Source: Eledone cirrhosa (Eukaryota). Taken from it: DNA of 64,000 nucleotides. A program made the position numbers and the translations under genes. The stretch is from positions 36,270,001 to 36,334,000 of the forward strand of contig OZ024744.1 of NCBI GenBank assembly GCA_964016885.1, read 5' to 3'. The notes under the pieces were generated by a model, which saw only the letters and a list, made by a program, of their open reading frames with translations, did no database searches and was not told where the DNA came from. This document shows, one piece after another, positions 53,001 through 64,000 of this stretch; the first letter of the stretch is position 1; the number at the start of each line of letters is the position of its first letter.

Positions 53001-53334
53001 TGGGTATGTTGCTATTGTTGTTGTTGTTGTATCTGGGTATGTTGCTATTGTTGTTGTTGTTGTTATTGTTGTTTGTGTCTGTGTGTCTGTTGTTGTTGGG
53101 ATGTGTGTTGTATATGTGTGTGCGTATATTGTTGCTTTTGTTTTTGATGCTCCAGCGTAGTTTTGTAAATGATTTTTCTATTTCTGACAGACAACTAATC
53201 ATATTTACCTTCTTGAATGTCGCAAATTTGGGTGGCAGACGTAATACAGACATTTCATTATTATCTATTTCCGTGTTTCCATAAATGTTGGTATTTTCGT
53301 TGTTGAACTCTTCAGATAATGAGGTGTCGGCCAT
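50039..53334 (-). CDS. PLE polyprotein: RT + GIY-YIG endonuclease (1022 aa open, one frameshift near the end continuing in 50039-50224)
   Basis: PTDKSG, KDHK, PTRPVCGA, DVVSLYPSI, GAAIG, RYVDD, LPVLD, HYAKPM, C..C.C...C, NVVYSIRC, YIGETARS, then RQITEAV.I...LNRKYEW (Naiad-like C-terminus). The frame stays open upstream to ~53461. Confidence 0.88.
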
Positions 53335-53460
53335 GTTGATACCGTCAATTTTGTCGGGGGGATATCTATTGGTATACTCTATAGTATCCCGATTTAGCTT
53401 TGCCTGTTTAAGCCACTTTAATTTTCTGTTAAAGTGCTTATCACATTCTTGAGTAATGTA

Positions 53461-53543
<83 letters not shown>

Positions 53544-53562
53544 CAGAACTATATATATATAT

Positions 53563-53753
53563 ATATTGTTATGCTTTGGGAGGGTCATGTTGCCAATAAG
53601 AAACATACGTACCTGTAACTTTCACTCCAATTTATTATAAATTAAATTCATAAATTTAAGAATTTATAAATTTAATTTATAATAAATTGGAGTGAAAGCA
53701 ACTGGTGCGTGTGTTTCTTATTGGCAACATGACCCTCCCAAAGCATAACAATA
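53563..53753. repeat. Palindrome made of two Naiad pLTR ends
   Basis: ATTGTTATGCTTTGGGAGGGTCATGTTGCCAATAAGAAAC versus GTTTCTTATTGGCAACATGACCCTCCCAAAGCATAACAAT. Same sequence as 49568-49640. Confidence 0.85.
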
Positions 53754-53806
53754 TCGGTTTCAACACACGTTTTCAGTTAAATAATCTTGCTAAACAAATT
53801 CAGGAA

Positions 53807-53855
<49 letters not shown>

Positions 53856-53929
53856 GTATAGGATTACCCAAGATGTAGTAATGGTATCCAAGATGTAGTA
53901 ATGGTTAATTACTAGTAATGGTTAATTAC

Positions 53930-55024
53930 TACCCACAACAAAGAATGTAACTGCCATCTACCTGAAAGATGTTCATTGAAGAATGAATGCCTAAAGTCCA
54001 ACATTGTTTACCAATGCACGGTTGAATCGAACGACCAGAAATGGTATTATATCGGATCTACCACCACATCGTTTAAATCTCGCTGGTACCGTCATCGATT
54101 CTCAATCAAGCATCCGAATCACCGTTTTGTGACCACGCTCGCCAACAAGACCTGGCAACTCCGTGAACACAACCAACAGTTCACCTTAAAATGGGATATA
54201 CTTTCCAGCGCAAGTGCATATCGGAGTGGATTGAAGTACTGTAGGTTATGTAACCTTGAGCTATTTTACATATTAAAATCCCAAAACAAACTACTTAACG
54301 ATAGAATTGAACGATCATTATACTGCAACCACAAACTAAAAGCTAAATTCTCTCACTATAAAATAACTTAACATTCGAACCCGTAACTATAACACCACTT
54401 TCTAGCTAACAACCTTCTCTTCCCCCCACACTACAAGACAATACACTGCTTATCACTATACATGGTAACTCAGTGCAATTCCTAGATTACTACTACAAAC
54501 CAAAGTTCACTCACCACACATACTTTGTCTGTCCCCTCTCTACCTATCTCTCTCTACATCCATTACACTCTCTCTCTCTCACCTTTGACCTACCTCCCTC
54601 TCAACATCTATGAACCTGCCCTCTGGGGCAATAAATAATTCCGACCTTAACTATCAACGCATCTCTCCAAAAGTAACCAGTATAATAAAACCCCTACCAT
54701 AACATTTTGATTAAGATATCTACAAGCCACTCTCTCCTACTTCTCCAACCCCTGCATATCTTTCTTTCTCTCTCCCTCTTCCCTACTTTTCTCTCTTCCT
54801 GTTCTACTCTATCTTCCCCAACAACCCCACTTAAGGGTATTTACATTGTACATTTACCATTCTGTTCTGAGGAAACAGTGGTCACAGCATTGGATATTCG
54901 AGTTCTGCAAGTACTTGTGAATTTGCACGTAGCGTAACTAGGCTGCAGTACCACCGTGGAAACACTTGTAAGCACACGGAATAAATTACCTTTTTATGAT
55001 GTTTACCTGTTATTATTCATTCTT

Positions 55025-55025
<1 letters not shown>
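53930..55025 (+). mobile_element. Penelope-like 3' fragment: GIY-YIG ORF 53976-54371, 3'UTR and HHR with long stem II (~54864-54974)
   Basis: NIVYQCTV...YYIGSTTTSFKSRWYRH...CRLCNLE...LLNDR...CNH. TGTT-CTGAGGA-AACAGTGGT...ACCACCGTG-GAAAC-ACTT-GTA-AGCA. Confidence 0.85.
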
Positions 55026-55057
<32 letters not shown>

Positions 55058-55550
55058 GTACGTTTGTATATATATATATCTGTTAGACACGCAGTGACTA
55101 ACAACAGTATGTTTTAAGGCTGCATGTCTGACATATATGCGTTGCTTGTGAATAAAATATTCAAGGGGTTTCGCTGGCCGTGGTGATCCCTGCCAAACAT
55201 CTTTTGTAATGTATCGTCTTATTGGCTAATTTCATCGTTATATTGGCTAATCAACCAATGAGAGTAATTGTTGCTGAAAAGCATCCGCCACTTTGTTTGC
55301 ACGTTTATTTATCGTTTCGCTTTCGAATCTTCCTCCCGTGTTTCGTCGTTTATCATCAAAATATTTTTCTCGTTTTGGTAAGTTATACTGTTAATTTATG
55401 TATGATTTTTTAAATTTATATTAACTATTTTTTCTCAGTTCGTTATAACATGCTTATAATATAGGTTGTATCATGTTTACTTTTGTCCATATTATTGTTT
55501 GTTTTATGTTAGATTATTTTATTAATATTATGTTAGATTATAAATATTTA

Positions 55551-55989
55551 ACTAGACCTGAAAAATGCGTAAGCTCAAAAGAGCCACAGAAAGTTATAAT
55601 AAACCTTTAAAAGTGTGGGACTAGAGTTGTTGCTCAAAAATATTGTAATCATTATCTATCGTACACTCTGTGGCATCCTTTAGTAAAAGAAGAGACGCAT
55701 AACGAACTCAAGACGACACGATTATTATTTAAGTGGATTTATAATATAGAATTCGGTTTAAGTGCATTTCGTATTACTAATTATCTAATATGAGATATTG
55801 AACATTAGCTTAAATAATTATCGTGTCGTCTTGAGTTCGTTATGAGTCTCTTTTTTATAAAAGATGCCACAGAGTGTACGATAGATAATGATTACAATAT
55901 TTTTGAGCAACAACTCTAGTCCCATACTTTTGAAGGTTTATTATAACATTCTGTGGCTCTTTTGAGCTTGCGCATTTTTCAGGTCTAGT
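55551..55989. repeat. ~180-bp imperfect inverted repeat with ~80-bp spacer (foldback/MITE-like, unclassified)
   Basis: 55551-55731 versus 55811-55989. Both outer ends are ACTAG/CTAGT. Confidence 0.85.
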
Positions 55990-56599
55990 ATATATATGTA
56001 TGTGTATGTGTGTAAACACGCGCACGTACATACACACACACAGGCACATATATATTGAGAAAGAGAGATAGATAGAAATAGAGATAGAAATAGAGGGAGG
56101 GGAGAGAGAGATAGATGGATAAAATGCGACGTAGTAGTGTTCAATTTCGCTGATAAAGAAAAATTGTGTGAGGAATCATTCATTAGTGTCGGAGATATAA
56201 AAATAAAATATTTGCAGATATGCAAACGGGGATTCTTCTCATGAAAATGTGATCCAAAATACACAAGTAGTACGTCATTCTTTAATGCAGGCACTGTTTT
56301 CATATCTCAAATGAGACTACTTTAGCTTTTGATTTGCATATTCATTCTTTGACATCAGATCTATTGTTCCTACATTTCTGTATTCAAATATTATTCTGAA
56401 GCTGATGAGGAAGCCTGTATATGTCGCTCGACCTGTTAGAATTAGAGAGCTAAATTTCACTAAGCACTCTCAAATTTTCTTTAAAAAAAGAAAGGAAATG
56501 TTGGATAATTAGCTATGGTTAACAACAAAACAGATGGGATGGTCATGGCTGAAATGTATTTGAGCTTAGGTCTGCTGAATCAGGATTAGATGGTGTTAA

Positions 56600-56790
56600 A
56601 CATCAACATTGCCATATCAGTGAAGGGTCGGACGCCATGCTTGGCAGCATAGAGTTACCACCCTTTGCGGTCTGATTTGAAATCGCGCCGAGGTTTACTT
56701 TGTCTTTCTTCCTTACGAGGTCGATAAAATAAAGTACCAGTAATGCACTGGGATAATTGCTAGCCTTGTGCCAAAAGTAGAAACAATTAT
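56600..56790 (+). mobile_element. Deu/Nin-domain SINE, degenerate head
   Basis: GCCGAGGTTTACTTTGTCTTTCTTCCTTACGAGGTCGATAAAATAAAGTACCAG...GCCTTGTGCCAAAAGTAGAAACAATTATT. Confidence 0.8.
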
Positions 56791-56865
56791 TTCTAAACAA
56801 TGTATATGGAGATATTCCAGTATCTATGATGTATCTATGATAGCAATTTGATCGAATTTGAAATA

Positions 56866-57040
56866 CAGTGAAATTCCGTTATAACGAAACTCTTGGGGTA
56901 TAAATAAAATTCGTTGTAACGAAAAATTCTTTATAACGAAATCGACCTCACACATCGAATGTGTGGCCGTGGATTCAAAACAATTTCATTATACTGAATA
57001 ATTCGCTATAATGGTATTCGTTATAATAGAATTTTACCTG
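56866..57040. mobile_element. pogo/Tigger-type MITE with TA TSD
   Basis: TA-CAGTGAAATTCCGTTATAACGAA...TTCGTTATAATAGAATTTTACCTG-TA, with internal TTCGTTATAACGAA-like repeats. Confidence 0.8.
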
Positions 57041-57502
57041 TATTGGTGTAGACTTTTCCTCTATTTGACAATCAATTTCTGTCCATCTTTCTCAGGGACA
57101 TTTGGCAAAAAGATGGATTTTGCCAGCATTAAACATGAACCAAAACACGTTGTGTGTCTCGACAGTGCAACAGTCCATCGGGAGCTTAGGCTCCATGTAT
57201 CCATATACGGCACGGTTGCTGTAATCCTGAAAATCCATTCAGCAAAACAAGGACAACACGGCAAAAAACAAAACAAAACAAAACAAGAAACAAAAAAACA
57301 ACAACGTTAGTTCCATTACATAATCCTATTATGTCTTACTGTGGTATTGATACAATTGTGATACTCTCCATAACTTCCAAAAAGAAATACAGTCACAATC
57401 ACATGCTTCCCTCAACACATACACATGCATCTCACTATTGCATGAGATAGGAGATTGTTGCACGCACACACACACACACACATACACACACACACACACA
57501 CG

Positions 57503-57538
<36 letters not shown>

Positions 57539-57539
57539 G

Positions 57540-61286
<3,747 letters not shown>

Positions 61287-61374
61287 TGAGTGTGAGAGAT
61301 AGAGAGAGTGAGTTTGAGAGAGAGAGAGAGAGTGCGAGATAAATAAATGTCTATAAAATGATATATATGTATGT

Positions 61375-64000
61375 TCTTCTGGTTTTATGATTTCACAAAG
61401 TTTTTCCAATAGAGAGAGAGTCGGTTTCTAACAGAGACACAAGACTCTCTCATTGGAATTTAAACAACATCAACAAGGTAGGTATGTATGTATGCATGTG
61501 TAGATATGGATGTTATTGTATGTGTGGATGTGTATGTTTTGATTTGTATGTGTGCACTTGTATATGCTTAGTATCTGTACATATGTATATGCAGTTATTA
61601 GATGCAAACTCTTTGGAATGTTTTACATATTTTTACTGTTCCATTAATGGATTGTACTTGTAATTTCCTAACTAGTTGTGTTCTTTCTGTTTCTGTGAAG
61701 CCTAGCTTCTCAAGATTTGTATTGAGGCAGTTACTAACATACCCCAATGCCCCAATAATCACAGGCATAAATCTGAAGGTGTAATCAGGGTGGAGTATCT
61801 GCAGATTTCTCATCAGTTCTGCATAAATATTCTCCTTGTCGCCAATCTTTGATATTATATTGGCATCTGCTGGACAGCTAACTTCCACTACTGTGCATGC
61901 TTTCTTTTCCCTGTCCCATATCATAATATCTGGTCTATTATGCCTGCATTTTATTGGGGTTTTTACTGGAACATTCCACCAGTACTCTTTCATATTAATG
62001 TATACGGATGTCTTCCACATTGCTGTAGCTTTTAATGTGTTTATTATCGGGGCTACCTTTTCTACAGATTGCGTTGTTCAGTGTTTTGGCTACATCATGC
62101 CTCATAGATAGATAGTACCGCGAAGACATCTTTGGACAGCTTCGATGTTAATTCTGCAGAATCTGCACTTGTTATTACACCTAGGTGTTTTGCCTGCATC
62201 TCTATCTCTTTTGTGAATCAGGTATTTCATTTTAATTTCCTGTTCTTGGATCACAAAAGCATATCCTTGAAAGTGGGGAGCCAATATAGCGGTTATTGGT
62301 CCAAGATAGCCTACTTTCCTTATCTATATTACTCCCACTCTGCAGCTTCCTGGCAACATACCCATGCATTATTTTTTGCTGATAGGCATGCAGTTTTTCA
62401 TCCTTGGATTCACTGCGATACTGCTGAGCGACATCTCTGGGTGTGAGTTTTTGATTATCACACAAGGAATATCTCTCGAGGAGTTCCTTCCCAACTCTCA
62501 TGATCTTATCTGTTTCATGCAGATAGACTTGTTCGAGAGACGGGCTCCGACGCTTCAAGGTTCGTAGATGTTGTTGGAGGGATATGATGCGATATTCAAA
62601 TGCTGTCTGGACTGATGTTAGGCCTCAGCCTCCCTGCTTACGTTTCAAGTAAAGTCGGTCTATGTCACTGTTGATGTGGAAGTTTCCGGTGTTGTTTAGT
62701 ATTTTTCGAGTTCTAACATCAACTGCTCGGATTTCGTCTATCGTCCAATTGAGTATTCCAAAAGTTGGTGTTAGGACAGGCACAGCAAACACATTGTGAG
62801 CCACTGTTTTGCTTTTGCGGAGAGAGTGCCGAAGACCAAACCTTTCTTAATCAGGCGTAGTATTCCCTGGTTACGCGTTCCTTATTACAGATACCATTAT
62901 AGGTTATTTTCTCATCTATTCCCAGGTATCTGTAGCAATCCTCATCAGATATTGGTGAAACAGTTAGGCCATTGATGACAATATTGCTAGATTGGGTTGT
63001 TGTTTTTCTCCGCTTAACAGTCATGTATGAGCATTTATCTTGGCCAAACTCCATTCCTATATCCTTTGAGAATGTTGTAACCAGGTCAAGATTTTTCTTC
63101 ATCCCATCCATGTTCTTGGCATAGAGTTTCAGATCATCCACAAAGAAATGATGGGTTAGGTTCGTATTTCTGTCCTCCAGTGAGCCAATGATGTATCCCT
63201 CACATTTCTTGAGCAGAAAGGACAAGGGGTTTAATAACAAGATGAATAATATCACTGAGACACTGTCTCCCTGAAAGATACTCCTCCGATATTTTATTTT
63301 ATCAGTGAAAATAGAGTCCTCCCGCTCTGTCTTTAACCATAGGATAGTAGCCCAAGAAGAAGACAGCCTCTCTGAAAATAATGTCTGGGACTTTAGCAAG
63401 TTGGAGGGCCGCTATCTCCAAGAGTGGGGAACACAATCGAAATCTTTCCTTTAGTCCAGCCAGACTAGCCATATGCCTCCTAAGTTGTCGCACCTCCGAC
63501 ATCGCAGTTTTGTTGATTAGGAGTTGTTCAGCACATCCCCAAACCTCTTTCTTTCGAGCTGCTTGTTCATCTGTGATGGTGTTATTATTTTCACAGTGAT
63601 CTTGGAGGAATAGGTTCAAGCAGGCTGTATACATCTTATACATCAGGATCTGGCATGCAATGGGTCGGGAATTATTTGCCAAGTGAGTGTCTTTGTTCTT
63701 GGGGACCAGTAACGTTTGTGCTAATGTCAACCATTCTGGTATAAGTGAATCTCCCTTAGAACTTGTTGGTAGAGGTTAGTAAGATACCTCTGATAGAATA
63801 TCAGTTTTTTGTACCAGTAGTCGACAATCTTGTCTCTTCCTGGTGTTTTCGTATCTTGGAGTTTTCCTATCACAATTTCAAGTGTACCCTCACTTATTTC
63901 GTATGTTTTTGTTGTAATGTAGGAGCAATAGTTCTTTCAGATTTCTTTTAGCCACACTGCATCTTGGTTGAAATTCTTCTTTTCGTCCCATATTTTTCTC
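61375..64000 (-). mobile_element. R4/Dong-clade LINE (RT + CCHC + RLE + 3'UTR), decayed, runs off the window end
   Basis: LVPKN..RPIAC, EQA, IFQGDS, HFFVDDLKLY, YRYLG, IQEQ, CRFC, HNRPDIMIWD...VEVSCP. Same family as 9861-10700. Confidence 0.92.

Larger units (their letters stand above)
49568..53461 (-). mobile_element. Naiad-type Penelope-like element, 5'-truncated at (TA)n
   Basis: Long ORF plus 3'UTR containing an HHR at 49741-49785. Flanked by (TA)n. Confidence 0.85.

Noticed and set aside
56398-56460. CTGATGA hammerhead core
   Set aside because: No stem II followed by GAAA, and no NUH or stem I partner.

Overview
Eukaryotic, AT-rich, repeat-saturated animal DNA. It is most likely a coleoid cephalopod such as Octopus, inferred from the SINE types and the very dense (TA)n/(CA)n microsatellites. 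No intact host gene is recognisable. 1-22 kb is a nest of non-LTR retrotransposons: head-to-tail L1/Tx1 copies ending in (ATT)n, RTE/BovB-type copies (one with C-terminal C2H2 fingers), R4/Dong copies and a CRE fragment. 19-61 kb is dominated by Penelope-like elements (PLEs) and their pseudo-LTRs (pLTRs) sitting in (TA)n tracts, plus tRNA-derived SINEs, a non-autonomous Helitron and pogo-type MITEs. The most interesting signal is RNA-level. There are about 20 hammerhead ribozyme (HHR) motifs from several unrelated repeat families. Two families carry the compensatory U3-A8 catalytic-core variant, and one of these forms a non-coding ~316-bp tandem array with covarying stems, resembling a retrozyme/circRNA element. 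A third family has an A4 core. Many short palindromes have breakpoints clustered on these ribozymes. All calls were made by eye, so coordinates of degraded elements are approximate.
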